Shown here: one piece after another, positions 10,895 to 22,900 of the stretch
Layout of the letters: each line of letters begins with the position of its first letter
Position numbering within the stretch: the first letter of the stretch is position 1
Assembly: GCA_051546255.1 (NCBI GenBank)
Contig: CP128816.1
Location: 1,736,001-1,800,000, forward strand
From: Meyerozyma guilliermondii
Lineage: Eukaryota
DNA: 64,000 nucleotides
Direction: 5' to 3'
Notes under the pieces: model-generated
What the model was told of the DNA's origin: nothing
Databases searched by the model: none
Seen by the model: only the letters and a program-made list of their open reading frames with translations
Translations under genes and position numbers: made by a program

Positions 10895-13654
10895 TCACAA
10901 CTCATCATGGGTTAATTTTGTCGCAAACTTTATTTTCCACTCCGCTGCAACACTCATGCCGGCATTCCGGATTTCCCCATCCACTATCTGGACCTGCCAC
11001 AGCTTTTCGCCCTGGGTCACAAGCGCTTGGTCATCATTGCCGTGGCCCAATAAAATAATTTTCTCGATTTTTATTTTTTGCATGGCTTTGACATAAGTGG
11101 GGTCGGGAACAGTTTCAAATTGAGCTGTTATACCCTTGGAATCCGCGTAAAACTGCAAGTTGATTTCTTGTCCTTCCTTGTAGCCATATGACTCGCCGTC
11201 ATCAATGTGGAGCTTGCCAGTGGCTTTGCCTTGGTTATCAAAAGCCACCACCAAAGTGTAGGGGTCATTTTGCATGAGCTTGGTCGACCTCCTATACCTA
11301 TCTTTCCTGGCTACAATGCTTCCTCCTTTCAAGAACATTGGGATGTCAGCCAACTCGACATCAAGGTCAACAGTTTTGGGGCCCTTGTATGCTTTTCCTG
11401 GAACTCCACTTGTAAACTCATAGTATACCTCGTTGTCTGGAAGATAGACATCAACACTCGTAGCTCCTTCACTCGTTACTGGCTTCACCATCAAACCAGA
11501 ATTGCCCAAGAAGAACTGGTCGTCGATTTCATAGGCATCGACGTTGTGAGGACATTCGTAGAATATTGGTTTCATGACGGGTAATCCACTTTGACTCAGG
11601 TCGTAGAAACATGTATAGAACGTTGGAAGCAACGCATATCTAAGCCTGATAGCGTCACGAATAATGCTTGTGAATGGTTCTCCTGGAACCCATGGCTCTC
11701 TGCGTCTCGAATCGATATGTGCATGTGCTCTGAAAAATGGGTACCATATTCCTGTTTGATACCACCTGGTTAAAAGCTCCTTAGAAGGGTTTCCAAAGAA
11801 CCCACCGACATCAGCTCCCGCAAAAGGCATACCAGCAATTCCAGAAGACAATACCATTGGAATAGAAGCTTCAAGATATTCCCATTTTGCCATGTTGTCT
11901 CCCGTCCACATAGCCGATGTCCGCTGTGATCCGGCGTAGAAAGAACGGGTCAAAATGAAAGGTCTTTGTCTCGTCGACAGCTCAAGACGCTTTGTCAACG
12001 ATTCGAACGTAGCTTCATGGAAAGTCAAACCATAAATGTTGTGAACAGACCTATGTTCCCATCCATCGTAAAAGATGTTATCTCTTGGAGCAGAGGTCTC
12101 GGGTCCATCAAACACAGAAGGCTCATTCATGTCGTTCCACACATAAATGTTCGTGGACATTCCGCCCATGACCTTGTTGGTTTCAGACCTTACAAAAAGT
12201 GAATCCCAATACTCCTGGGAACCAGGATTAAACGTATCAATCCACACCGATTCTCCGGGCCAACAATGGCCATGGAACGTCTCGTTTTTGGAATTTTTCA
12301 TCGCAAGATCTCTCTTGCGAACCTCGTCACTAACATAATAACCAACTTTCAAATGAGGGTCGATGATCAATACCAAATTTCTTCCTGTTCTATCCAACGC
12401 TTTGAGCATGCGTTCGGGGTCAGGAAACGCATCAATGTCCCAAGTAAAGTACTTTTTGGCATCAGCGTACTCGACATCCAACCAAATTGTGTCATATGGC
12501 ACTAATGTCTCATCCATTTTCGAAGTGATATCAAGCACATCTTTTTCGTCATTGTAGTTCCACCGGCATTGATGGTATCCCAAAGAGAACATAGGTGGTA
12601 ACGGAGCATAGCCAGTAAGGCGTCCGTACTTTGAGTTTATTTCCGCTGGAGTTTCTCCAAGGATCACAAGAAAGTCCATTACACCATTTTCCGAAATCCA
12701 GTGAGTCTTGACATCATTGGATTTATGTATATCGATAAATGTGTCGGCGGCATTTAACCAGAAGACCGCTGTCGACATTTTGGGTTTTGTTGCCAACATG
12801 AGAGGAATTGACCCATACATTGGCATTCTGGAATCAGTATCGTACTCAAAAATGTCCACATTGAATAGACGATATGGCCAGTTTGATTCTGATGTATCTT
12901 TGAGCGACATGGAGTCTGCGTGTTCAGGAATACCATAAACATGCTTGTAGCCTGCAAAAGTAAAATCCAAGCCGATGGACTCAGGACCGAGCGGTATCGA
13001 ATCTTCAGAAGCTGTATTATGGCTGTCTTTGAACAGATCAAAGTCAGACTCAAAAGGTAGCAAATGCTTATCGTTCTCATCCCGTTTTCTGTAGTGCTCG
13101 ATGTTGAAAAAATTACGTTCATTGACCACAAGCTGCAATTGACCCTTGTAGTAGATCTTAATCGTCATATCTTTTACATCGAACTCTGCTTTGGTATCGT
13201 TGGGTCCAAAGCTTATCGTCACCAATTGATCAGTCGACTCGACATTAACGGGATATTTGCTTTCGTATGGAACGTCAGGGTCCTGGAAAGCCCATTTTGC
13301 TGCCTCGTTATACCTATTTCCACGAATCATCCCACCACTTGTTTCTGGGCGCATTTCATCGGCCTTGAAACGAAGAATTGAACCCTCAAGAATTGAGATC
13401 TCAAAAGGAAATTGGCGAGTCTCATCCAATTGAGGAATAGATTTCGTTATTACTCCGGTTAAAGAGTTCTGTGCTGTATTGCTTACAACTAACGAAGGCT
13501 GAGAGACAGCATACGGAGACTCATTCTCAGCAATATTTTTGGCATACAACCTATTTCTCTGACAAAAACCAGAATTGTCACAGTCCTTGAAGAGATAATC
13601 CTTCACCCCACAAACATTGTGAAGGAGGATCAAGAAGATCACTATACCCTTCAT
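10895..13654 (-). CDS. ROT2: Glucosidase II alpha subunit (GH31) with signal peptide and C-terminal HDEL
   Basis: ATG at 13654 gives the signal peptide MKGIVIFLILLHNVCG, then VKDYLFKDCDNSGFC. Catalytic WNDMNEPSVF and WTGDN; protein ends THDEL. Confidence 0.95.
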   Translation of the reverse strand: MKGIVIFLILLHNVCGVKDYLFKDCDNSGFCQRNRLYAKNIAENESPYAVSQPSLVVSNTAQNSLTGVITKSIPQLDETRQFPFEISILEGSILRFKADEMRPETSGGMIRGNRYNEAAKWAFQDPDVPYESKYPVNVESTDQLVTISFGPNDTKAEFDVKDMTIKIYYKGQLQLVVNERNFFNIEHYRKRDENDKHLLPFESDFDLFKDSHNTASEDSIPLGPESIGLDFTFAGYKHVYGIPEHADSMSLKDTSESNWPYRLFNVDIFEYDTDSRMPMYGSIPLMLATKPKMSTAVFWLNAADTFIDIHKSNDVKTHWISENGVMDFLVILGETPAEINSKYGRLTGYAPLPPMFSLGYHQCRWNYNDEKDVLDITSKMDETLVPYDTIWLDVEYADAKKYFTWDIDAFPDPERMLKALDRTGRNLVLIIDPHLKVGYYVSDEVRKRDLAMKNSKNETFHGHCWPGESVWIDTFNPGSQEYWDSLFVRSETNKVMGGMSTNIYVWNDMNEPSVFDGPETSAPRDNIFYDGWEHRSVHNIYGLTFHEATFESLTKRLELSTRQRPFILTRSFYAGSQRTSAMWTGDNMAKWEYLEASIPMVLSSGIAGMPFAGADVGGFFGNPSKELLTRWYQTGIWYPFFRAHAHIDSRRREPWVPGEPFTSIIRDAIRLRYALLPTFYTCFYDLSQSGLPVMKPIFYECPHNVDAYEIDDQFFLGNSGLMVKPVTSEGATSVDVYLPDNEVYYEFTSGVPGKAYKGPKTVDLDVELADIPMFLKGGSIVARKDRYRRSTKLMQNDPYTLVVAFDNQGKATGKLHIDDGESYGYKEGQEINLQFYADSKGITAQFETVPDPTYVKAMQKIKIEKIILLGHGNDDQALVTQGEKLWQVQIVDGEIRNAGMSVAAEWKIKFATKLTHDEL

Positions 13655-14184
13655 GGTGATTCTCTGTGTCGCAGCATCGTCTGTCGCAGTCCTTGGCACT
13701 ATATGCACGGCATGGAGGTGCGGAGAAGCAAGGTACTTCGAGCACTGCAGGACAAATGTAGAAGAAGCAACGGGGAAAGGAAACAACCTTTAGAAGTTTT
13801 AAAATTGATTAGTATGTTGGAAGCATGATCAACAAGTTCAATAACGAGGTATGTGGATCGACTTTGATTCATCAAGGCACTTTGAAACCACATTGGTAAG
13901 CTCCGTGAAAAACTTTGAATCTACTCCGAAAATGAAAAAATGGACATTAATGGATCAATATCAACTCAATGGCTTCTGCAGTATAATATGGACCTAACTC
14001 TGACAACCCTGAGCCATTTGGTCCCTTCCCCTTGTCAGCTGTCTTATAGTGGGGGAGTCCGTAGTGTACTCACCAAAAACAGAAAAATCAACTATCTTAC
14101 GGTTGAGAATTTACACTAACGGAAACTTTTCAGCTTGAACCATTTCTTCAGAGTTGTATATAATCTTTGGTAAATTTGGTTGAT

Positions 14185-16239
14185 ATGGCTGAAAAGAGGG
14201 CTGGGGATGACCCAGCGGAGAGTCCGGCCCAGGCAAAACGATTGAAGCCGATGGATGAACTCAGCGAAGATGGTCCTCTAACTCAACGCGATGTCGTTTA
14301 TTTTAAGAAGGAGGCCATCTGGAGACAGATGAGGGCGTATAAGACAAAGTGCAACGCATTGATGGCCGATATGGACCGGCTTCAGAGGCAATATCACGAT
14401 AGTGAGACGAAGGTCAACATACTCGATGCTTGGTATGAGCAGATAATCAATCAGTTAGACTTCGCTGCGGAGAAATCTGAGGACTTAAACGAGACCTTAC
14501 TCATAAAATCAACAAACCAAAAACCCGACTTACTCGACGGCGTATTGGCGAAACGCAGAGAGCATTTATTACGAATACTTGAACCAGCATTAAAGAACAC
14601 CGCATCGCTGCCAGATCATCAGGACTTGGTATCTAAACTAGAGCTGCTAAATAATGACTTGACTTCTGCCCGGGTGGAAAATGAGACCTTGACAAAACTG
14701 AAGTTGGAGCTCTCGGCAAAAGTAGATGAGCTTGAGCAGAGCCTTCTCTCGGTTCATAAACAGAAAGAAAGAGAAGATTCAAAGACCTTGAATAGAGTCA
14801 ATGGTATGGCCGTTGCCAAGAAAGAGAAGGAGGAAGAAGTACCTGAAACAACTTCAAAAACAGAGGAGGCTCATATAGATTCCGAGGAGCTTGAGAGGTT
14901 GTCACTGGAGCTCCAACAAGTCACGAGCCATAACAACTCATTAGAAGAACAGTTGAAAGATGTGTCCTCGAAGTATGCTGCTTTGGTTCAAGAAAATGCT
15001 CAATTGCAATTAAGACTCAATAACTTGAGTGATAGAGATTTAGTCAATTCGTCTCTGTTTCAAGAATTGTCATTGCATAACAAGCAGCTTCAGGAAAAGA
15101 TAGCAGGATTGCAAAAGGTGAATGACAAAACAGTGGCACGACTTAACGAGCTTGAAGCCATCCATGAAGATGCGAAGGCTTTCGCCAACAAGGAATTAAC
15201 AGAGGAAAACGAGGCTCTTAAACTGCAATTATCCAAGTGTGAAAATGATTTGGTGAGAATAAGAACTACTCGAGACGAATTGTTATCCAAAAACAGCATT
15301 CTCAAGTCTGAAGTCAACGACAAGGATACAAATGAAGCACTCAAGCAGATGAATTCAGTTCTTGAGCAGCGCGTGAAGAAGCTTGAGCTGGCTCATGCTG
15401 ATGATGCAGCTGAACTTTCTAACGCCGACAAATTGGCTGAATCTTCTAAAGACGAATTGCTCAAAAGAATAGCAGTACTTACTACCGAGTTGAAGGAGAT
15501 CGAGGTAGCATTTCAGCAAACACGAGAAATTTCCCTCAAAAAGTTGAACAGTGCTGTTGACCAAGAAGGCTTGTTACGGAAACTTAGCGTTGAAAAGACG
15601 AAAGCTGACCAGAAGTACTTTGCTTCGATGCGCGTGAATGATTCGTTGACGGCCGAAAACAAGATTTTGAAGGCACAGATCTCCAAGTCACAAGAAGTCA
15701 TCAGCAAATTTGGAGAAATGGAACGGAGCTTTGCTAATAAATTTGAGATTTTGAAGAAGGCGAATGATGATTTCAAGGCCATTAAAGAGACATCTATTCA
15801 AGAAACGAGTAAATTACAAGACCTTGTCAAAGCCTTGAATCAGAAAAAGTCAATGGTTGAGAAGGAGATTAAAAACTTGAAAGATATCATTTCCAAACAG
15901 GCCAAGGACAATGCGGAATTGGTGCTGGAATTACAGACAGCTAAAGACAACTCGGCCAAAATGGAAAGTAATTTAAAGACTACCGAGTCATTACTACAAA
16001 AGTATAAGACCAACAATACTTCATCCATCCTTCAAGAAGACGAACGACAACTTGAGGCCTTGAGATCCATTGCCAAGTGCTCATTGTGTTCCAAAAACTG
16101 GAAAGATACCGCCATTACCGTTTGCGGCCATGTCTTTTGTCATAGTTGCACTCAAGAACGTTTGGCAGCACGGCTTCGGAGGTGTCCTTCGTGTAATAAG
16201 GGATTCTCAGCCAACGACTTATTGTCAGTGCACTTGTAA
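14185..16239 (+). CDS. BRE1: H2B E3 ubiquitin ligase
   Basis: PLTQRDVVYFKKEAIWRQM, long coiled coil, KTKADQKYFASMR and C-terminal RING CSLC..CGHVFCHSC..CPSC. First ATG at 14185. Confidence 0.95.
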   Translation: MAEKRAGDDPAESPAQAKRLKPMDELSEDGPLTQRDVVYFKKEAIWRQMRAYKTKCNALMADMDRLQRQYHDSETKVNILDAWYEQIINQLDFAAEKSEDLNETLLIKSTNQKPDLLDGVLAKRREHLLRILEPALKNTASLPDHQDLVSKLELLNNDLTSARVENETLTKLKLELSAKVDELEQSLLSVHKQKEREDSKTLNRVNGMAVAKKEKEEEVPETTSKTEEAHIDSEELERLSLELQQVTSHNNSLEEQLKDVSSKYAALVQENAQLQLRLNNLSDRDLVNSSLFQELSLHNKQLQEKIAGLQKVNDKTVARLNELEAIHEDAKAFANKELTEENEALKLQLSKCENDLVRIRTTRDELLSKNSILKSEVNDKDTNEALKQMNSVLEQRVKKLELAHADDAAELSNADKLAESSKDELLKRIAVLTTELKEIEVAFQQTREISLKKLNSAVDQEGLLRKLSVEKTKADQKYFASMRVNDSLTAENKILKAQISKSQEVISKFGEMERSFANKFEILKKANDDFKAIKETSIQETSKLQDLVKALNQKKSMVEKEIKNLKDIISKQAKDNAELVLELQTAKDNSAKMESNLKTTESLLQKYKTNNTSSILQEDERQLEALRSIAKCSLCSKNWKDTAITVCGHVFCHSCTQERLAARLRRCPSCNKGFSANDLLSVHL

Positions 16240-16862
16240 ACTAGAATAACCTGATCAAGCTATGTAACGATAATTAATTTTGCTACATTTTTGCAGCCGA
16301 TATACCTGGTGTGGTGGGTGTGGCGCCTGGACCAGCGGATTGAACCGCGGTGTTCCGGTCTGGTTTCGGGGCTTTCGGGTCGGCCGGGTAATGTGCGTTC
16401 GTGTGGTCATGCGCGCGTATATTCAGTAACGCCAACAGCCAGGTCAGCAACACCGACGCAAGACGAGGCGATGCGACCGACGTTTACCAAAAAAGTTAAG
16501 ACAAGGCCCCGCACTTGAAATTGATATATGTGTACCCATGCATGATCAACAATAGTACTGTAGCTTTTTTCTCCTTGCATCATGCATTTTGAAGAGCTGC
16601 TGGCTCTCGATGGCAACATGATTTTCCCCTTTTAGGTCGTGCGCGGACCGCTGGCAATTTTTTCTCGCATGCGCGATTAGTATAAATGAACTGAATTTCC
16701 GGATTTTCATTCTGGTGCCAAGTTAGTCGCAAATTGCACAAAATCTCGGTTGGGTTTACTGGTGCGGACTGATAATACATTTACACCCAAACACCTACAA
16801 TAACACTTTGCATCATCTATCGGTGATCCAGAGGGAGGTCTATAGTCACACGATTGGTTCTC

Positions 16863-18635
16863 ATGTTCGGCACAGAAGTTGCTACCACCCCTGTACAAAC
16901 ACCATCGTCAGATAACTTTTACCCACAAGAAACAGGTATGGAAAAAGCGGTTCAGTCAAAGACTGTTGAAGAACCTGAAAAGCCATTGTCGCCACCCAAC
17001 CCTTCCCCATCACCTGAAAAGCATGAAGTCGAACCCGAAGCATCAGAGGCAGCCCCTCTTCCATCTACACAAACTTCCATGGAGCCTGCTCCAAAACCAC
17101 CTTCAGAACCAGACATGAATAACTTACCAGCTACCCCAATTCCTAAGCATCAAGCGAAGTTTGCCTTAAACTCAATCAAAACCATCAAGCGCCTTCGTGA
17201 TGCTGCGCCATTCACTGTTCCTGTTGACACTGTCAAGTTGAACATTCCCCTCTACTACAACTATATAAAGCGACCCATGGATTTGTCCACCATCGAGAGG
17301 AAGATCAACTTGAATGCATATGCCGATGTGTCTGAAATTGTTGATGATTTCACCCTTATGGTAGACAACTGTTGCAGATTCAATGGCGAAGACTCCGCTA
17401 TATCACAAATGGCTAAGAATATCAAGGGCCATTTCGAAAAGCATATGCTAAACATGCCTCCTAAAGTCTTGCCCAATAATGGTTCGACAACCCCAACTGC
17501 TAATGCTGGCTCTAGAAGGCGTACCGGATCAAACCCTGCCAGCACTCTGGAAAGGAGAGAGTCGGTAGCTGCTCATAGACCAAAGAGAACTATCCATCCT
17601 CCTAAGTCCAAAGAGCTTCCTTACGATGTTCGTCCACGTAAGAAGAAGTACGCCGCTGAATTGAGGTTCTGCAGTCAAACTATCAAAGAGTTAACATCAA
17701 AAAAGCACTACAACATCAACTTCCCATTCTTAGCTCCAGTCGATCCTGTTGCTTTAAATATCCCCAAGTACCATGAAATCATCAAGGAGCCAATGGACTT
17801 GGGTACCATTCAATCCAAGCTTGCAAACAATCAATATGAAAATGGTGATGTGTTCGAACGTGATGTCAGACTCGTTTTCCAGAATTGTTATACATTCAAC
17901 CCAGAAGGTACCGACGTTAATACCATGGGTAAGAAACTTGAAGCAATCTTCGACAAGAAATGGGCTAATAGACCCGTAGCTCCACCTACTCCTACTACCT
18001 CTGACGAAGAGTATAGTGATTATGATGACGACGAACCCGAAATCAGTGAAGCCATGCTTTCCAATGTTCCAGCAATTCAGTTCCTAGAGAATCAATTGAT
18101 TAGAATGAAGCAAGAGCTCGACGAGTTGAAAAAACAACACTTGCAGAAATTAAGACAGCAGCGGGACATGAGAAGAAAGCGCAAGAGATCAAAGAAGTCT
18201 CGTTCGCGTAAGAATTCTTCGTCCGAAGGATTGTCCGGCGTTCCTGTAGTCACATATGAGATGAAGAAACAGGTCAGTGACCTGGTTCCCAACCTTAATG
18301 ATAAGAAGCTTCAAGCGCTCATCAAGATTATCAAGGATGACGTTGACTTGAGCAATGAGGAAGAAGTTGAACTCGACATGGACCAGCTCGAAGATAGAAC
18401 CGTCTTGAAGTTATACAACTTCCTCTTCGGTAAGAAGGCTGTGTCTGCTGCTAACTCCAGAAAAAAGAAGAAGCATTCGCCCGGTGGAAGCATGAGTGAA
18501 CTCGAGCACTTGAGAAGTCAATTGGCGCTCTTCGAAGATGCAGACCGGGGATCCAATAATGGATTCGCAGGTATGAATGATGCCCAGGAGTCATCTGACG
18601 ACGAAATGAGTTCTGAGAGCTCAGAAGAAGAGTAA
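16863..18635 (+). CDS. BDF1: BET-family double bromodomain protein
   Basis: Two bromodomains (PFTVPVD..YYNYIKRPMDLSTI; FPFLAPVDPV..IIKEPMDLGTI), an ET domain (VTYEMKKQVS..EVELDMDQL) and an acidic SEED tail. Confidence 0.95.
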   Translation: MFGTEVATTPVQTPSSDNFYPQETGMEKAVQSKTVEEPEKPLSPPNPSPSPEKHEVEPEASEAAPLPSTQTSMEPAPKPPSEPDMNNLPATPIPKHQAKFALNSIKTIKRLRDAAPFTVPVDTVKLNIPLYYNYIKRPMDLSTIERKINLNAYADVSEIVDDFTLMVDNCCRFNGEDSAISQMAKNIKGHFEKHMLNMPPKVLPNNGSTTPTANAGSRRRTGSNPASTLERRESVAAHRPKRTIHPPKSKELPYDVRPRKKKYAAELRFCSQTIKELTSKKHYNINFPFLAPVDPVALNIPKYHEIIKEPMDLGTIQSKLANNQYENGDVFERDVRLVFQNCYTFNPEGTDVNTMGKKLEAIFDKKWANRPVAPPTPTTSDEEYSDYDDDEPEISEAMLSNVPAIQFLENQLIRMKQELDELKKQHLQKLRQQRDMRRKRKRSKKSRSRKNSSSEGLSGVPVVTYEMKKQVSDLVPNLNDKKLQALIKIIKDDVDLSNEEEVELDMDQLEDRTVLKLYNFLFGKKAVSAANSRKKKKHSPGGSMSELEHLRSQLALFEDADRGSNNGFAGMNDAQESSDDEMSSESSEEE

Positions 18636-18759
18636 GCTAACCCTACTTGTATCATATATAGCATTTGCTAAATGTATATTACTAAAGCCACATTGTTGGA
18701 CGTAGCAGGGCCCTAATACCCGTTTAGGTGCGTCTACGCGAGATGCAGGACAAATCACA

Positions 18760-18767
18760 GCGATGAG
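18760..18767 (+). promoter_or_regulatory. PAC element (GCGATGAG) upstream of DUS4
   Basis: Exact GCGATGAG about 90 bp upstream of the ATG of a tRNA-modification gene. Confidence 0.65.
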
Positions 18768-18852
18768 ATGGAGTCGCGATAGCGAATTTAATCGTTCTTT
18801 ACCACAGCTCAACGCAGATCACTCTTGAATAGCCTTTTTTTGCTTTCGTCGA

Positions 18853-19896
18853 ATGGAAACTCAGTACACTTCTCTCACGCCGAGACTCGCGGAGCACAAC
18901 CCGTTGCGAATCATAAAAAATGCAAAATCAAAACTAGGACGTCCAGCTTTCATAGCAGGTCCTATGGTTCGGTATTCAAAACTTCCCTTCCGAGAGTTGG
19001 TCCGCCACTACAACACTGACATTGTCTATACACCGATGATACTTGCTCGTGAATTTGTTAGAAATGACGTTGCTCGAGCTTCCGATTTCACTACCAATCC
19101 TGCCGACCGTCTGGTGATTGTTCAAGTGGGTTGCAACAATGTAGAAGATCTCTTGAAGTTTGTTGAAATGATTCATCCTTATGTTGACGGTATCGGTCTT
19201 AATTGTGGGTGTCCTATCAAGGAGCAAGTTCGTGAAGGTATTGGTGCTGCTTTGATGTCTGAACCCGAACTCGTATCATCGATGGTAAAAGCGGTGAAAC
19301 AAAAGTATGGGGATAAAATATGCATAGAAACTAAAATTCGAATTCATCCAGATATAAAAGAGACTTTGAAGTTTGTTAAAATGGTCGAGGAAAGTGGTGT
19401 GGATTTCATAACAGTTCATGGAAGAACTAAAAATACGAGGTCTTCGGTTCCAGTTAATCTTGATGCTATCAAGGCAGTGAAAGAGGCGGTACTGGTACCA
19501 GTGGTAGCTAATGGCGACTGCTTTTCGCTCCAGGATGCATATGATATTGCAGAATACACTGGTGTTGATGGGGTAATGGCAGTGAGAGGAATTCTTGCCA
19601 ACCCAGCATTATTCGCAGGTTACAAATCTGCGCCATGGTCTGCTGTCGAGAGGTTCTGGGATTTAGCTACCAGCTATGGCCTTCCATTTCGCATTATTCA
19701 ACACCATCTCTCGCAAATGTTAGAAAAGAAGATTCCCAAAAAAGTCTTGAAGGAAATGAACGAGACCACACTGTTGGTAGACATGATCGACTGGTTCGAT
19801 GCCAACTTTATCTTGAGACGGAAAGGTGACGCCAATTTTGCTACACATGAAGACCCAACGTGGCGCATGAATAGAGAACAAGCAGCCCATATTTGA
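18853..19896 (+). CDS. DUS4: tRNA dihydrouridine synthase
   Basis: AGPMVRYSKLPFR, LNCGCPIKEQVREGIGAALM, ITVHGRT, VVANGD and GVMAVRGILANP. Confidence 0.92.
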   Translation: METQYTSLTPRLAEHNPLRIIKNAKSKLGRPAFIAGPMVRYSKLPFRELVRHYNTDIVYTPMILAREFVRNDVARASDFTTNPADRLVIVQVGCNNVEDLLKFVEMIHPYVDGIGLNCGCPIKEQVREGIGAALMSEPELVSSMVKAVKQKYGDKICIETKIRIHPDIKETLKFVKMVEESGVDFITVHGRTKNTRSSVPVNLDAIKAVKEAVLVPVVANGDCFSLQDAYDIAEYTGVDGVMAVRGILANPALFAGYKSAPWSAVERFWDLATSYGLPFRIIQHHLSQMLEKKIPKKVLKEMNETTLLVDMIDWFDANFILRRKGDANFATHEDPTWRMNREQAAHI

Positions 19897-19941
19897 AGAG
19901 CTTTTCGGTGCAATTTCCATTACCCAAACCTAATATACATA

Positions 19942-22900
19942 TTATACATTTTCTAAGAAGCTCTTGTTCTTCAATGAAACACTCTTTGTCATGTTGTTCA
20001 CCTTGTAGATTCCCACCAATTGCTGTGCCAACTCAAACATGTTATTTCTCAAAGAAATAACCACAAATTGGGCATTTTTCGTACGTTCTTTGATGTAGTT
20101 GGCCACAATCGAAACATTCCTAAAATCCAACGCAGCATCGATCTCATCCATCACATACAATGGTGTGGGCTTGTATTTATGTAAGGCAAACACCAATGCA
20201 AGAGAACTCAAGGTCTTTTCTCCACCAGACAAATTTGAGATGTTTCTCCACGACTTCTTCGGAGGCATGACACTAAACAAGATACCTTCGGAGAATGGAT
20301 CCAAACTATCCACAAGTTCTAGTTCTGCATTTCCACCCATCGTAATCATTTGATACATTTCTTTCAATGAAGTGGATATGGTATTGAAACCTTCCATGAA
20401 CTCATCGAGTCGACGCTTTTTAAGATTCTCGCAGAACTCGCTAAGATCATTTCTTTCCTGGACAGCCACATTTAAGTCGTCCCGGCGCTCTTCATATTCA
20501 GCCTTCTTGGCACCGTATTCCTTTAAAATTTCGATGTCCACTTTCACATTTTTCATGTAATCTTCGAGCTCACTTATCTCTTGGTTAATGGAATCCATGT
20601 CGAGCAGAGCAAGCTCGTCCTCGGGTAAGTAATCAATGGCAGCTCCGTCATATTGCTTGCGCTCAGACTCTTCTAGCCATCCAATATACTCTGAAACATC
20701 ACGAACAATCAATGACTTGAGTTCCTCTTCATTCGTCTTAATTCCATGTTTCGTCCGCTTTATAAATCCATTCACTTTTTCCAACTTATTTTCGATGTCA
20801 ATTTCCTTCGACCTGAACTCATTTATTTGCAGCATCCACTCTTCCATTTGAATCTTGACTTTCTCACGCTCATCTTCTTTGGCCTCTTTCTGTTCGTTTA
20901 GCAGTTCTACCTGTTTTGAGATATCGTTGAGCTCCTCGGTGACCAGTTCAAGTTGACCACGAAATGCTGTGAGCTCGTCTTCTGATGTTTTGAGCTCTAT
21001 CTCCGAGCTTTCTAATATCCTAGTATGCTTCTTGATTTCATTCTCGAGCTTTTTGATTAACATACGATCATTAGAAATTTTGTCATTGATAATCTCAATC
21101 TTTTGTCTGGTTGAGTCAACCTTGGAGCTTTGTAATCTCAACTCAACTCCACCGGCCTCCATGATCTTTTCTTCGAGCATTGTTACCTCAGCTTCCATGC
21201 TGGCCATCTGTGACTTCAATTGATCTCTCTCTTCTTCGAGCAGTTTTCTCTTAGCTAACTTGGAATTTAGCTCCCTCTCAGCATCACTGCTCTGTTCGCT
21301 TTTCTCGTGCTCACTAATAAGATTTTTGCATATCCTCAGGATATCCTTTTTCTCTGCAACTAAGGATTGAATATCAAGTTCTAGCCTCGATATAGAAAAC
21401 TCCGTTTCTGGCTTCAAGTCTTGTAGCTTTCTCAAATTGATTTGCTTTTCCTTAAGTTCTGAACGTGCCTTGTCAAATTCGCCTTCAAGAACCTGAAGTT
21501 TATTGCGCAATTCTTCAACCTCCTCCTCTGTGACATCTGCCTGTGTAGACTTTTTAGCTGATTCAAGTTTCATGGCACCTTTTGCAGATACTGTCCCACC
21601 ACCAGACATAGTACCCGAGGTATCGACAACTTTACCATCCAAGGTAACAACTTTCCATCTTTTCGCCCCATAAGCAACTTGCTTAGCCTCCAGTAACGTG
21701 GATGTCACTAAAGTATTGTAAAGTTTACTGTAAAAGGCAGGTGCAAATTTTTGATCCTGGGGAGTTATCATGTCGAATAATCGCTTCAGATTGGGAGGCA
21801 CGGATATAGGATCGAGATTGAAGTTGCGGAGCTTATTCAAGCAAATGAATGTAGCATATCCTAATTTGTTCTTCCTCAAATAATCGATACACGCCTGCGC
21901 AGTTTCAACTGTTTCAACAACCATCGAGTCCAACCCTGGACAGACTGTCGAAATTGCGACATCATACCTATCATTGATGGTACCCAAATCTCCTAATCTT
22001 CCATAAAAGCCGTCTATTCTGCCCGATTTGGCCAAGCGTACCAAGCTGGTCAATACTTTGCTCTTGTTTTTGTGTGATGAGAGTGAGGTGATTGCTTCCT
22101 GTGTCTGCTGACGAACAGCAAGTAATTGTGATTGCTTTGACTCGAGTGACTTCTGTTCCACTTCGCACGCGCTTTGGCCAAGCTGAATTTGCTCCGAGAT
22201 TTGATCTAATTTTTGACGGGCATTGATCAATTCCTGCTCTTTTTCTTTGCCCTCAGTCTTGATGTTGATCAACTTTTGTTTATATTCCTCGATCTGGTTT
22301 AGGGCATTCTCCTTCTCCTTTTGAAGCATATCAATTGAAGATGTCACGAGTTGTATTTCACTTTCCTTTTCTTTGAGCTGATCATTCCATGGTTCGAGCT
22401 TGGTTTGTATGGCTTCGATTTGTTTAGCAAAAACGGACGTTTTATCCGTGAGCCTGCGTCTGATTTCGTCTAATACATGCTTTTCAGATTCCAAATTTTT
22501 TGTAAGTTGGGAAAGCTCATCCTTCAAATCTTCCATGTTTTTGTTGCTCTCTTCTAGCTTTGAAGTGGAAGTGCTCAAAACGAGCTTCAGGCTTTGCTGA
22601 TTTTTTGCAGCTTTCTTGATCTTATTTGTCATGTTCTTGATCTTCTCATCCCCCGATACGTAGACTTTATTGACAGCCTTACTTCGCTTCAGTAAAGAAT
22701 TCAACTGATTAGAAAGTTCGTCAATAACTCTTGAAATTTCCTTCTGTAACTTTGAGCATTCTTCGATTTTGTCGGTGAGCTCTTTGTTACCTTCCTTCTC
22801 TGCCTTTAGTTGTTCCTCCAACTCTTCCCTTTTTGCCTCAACATCATTCAATTTCTTCTGATGCTCTTGGATGTTTGTCTGATATTGAATGGATTTTTTG

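Noticed and set aside
13655..13786. N-terminal extensions from TTG/GTG starts (ROT2, PRS1, BRE1, BDF1, securin candidate, XDJ1, MFS, CIK1, VTI1)
   Set aside because: The track allows non-ATG starts; downstream ATGs fit the expected N-termini, e.g. the ROT2 signal peptide and 217-aa Vti1.
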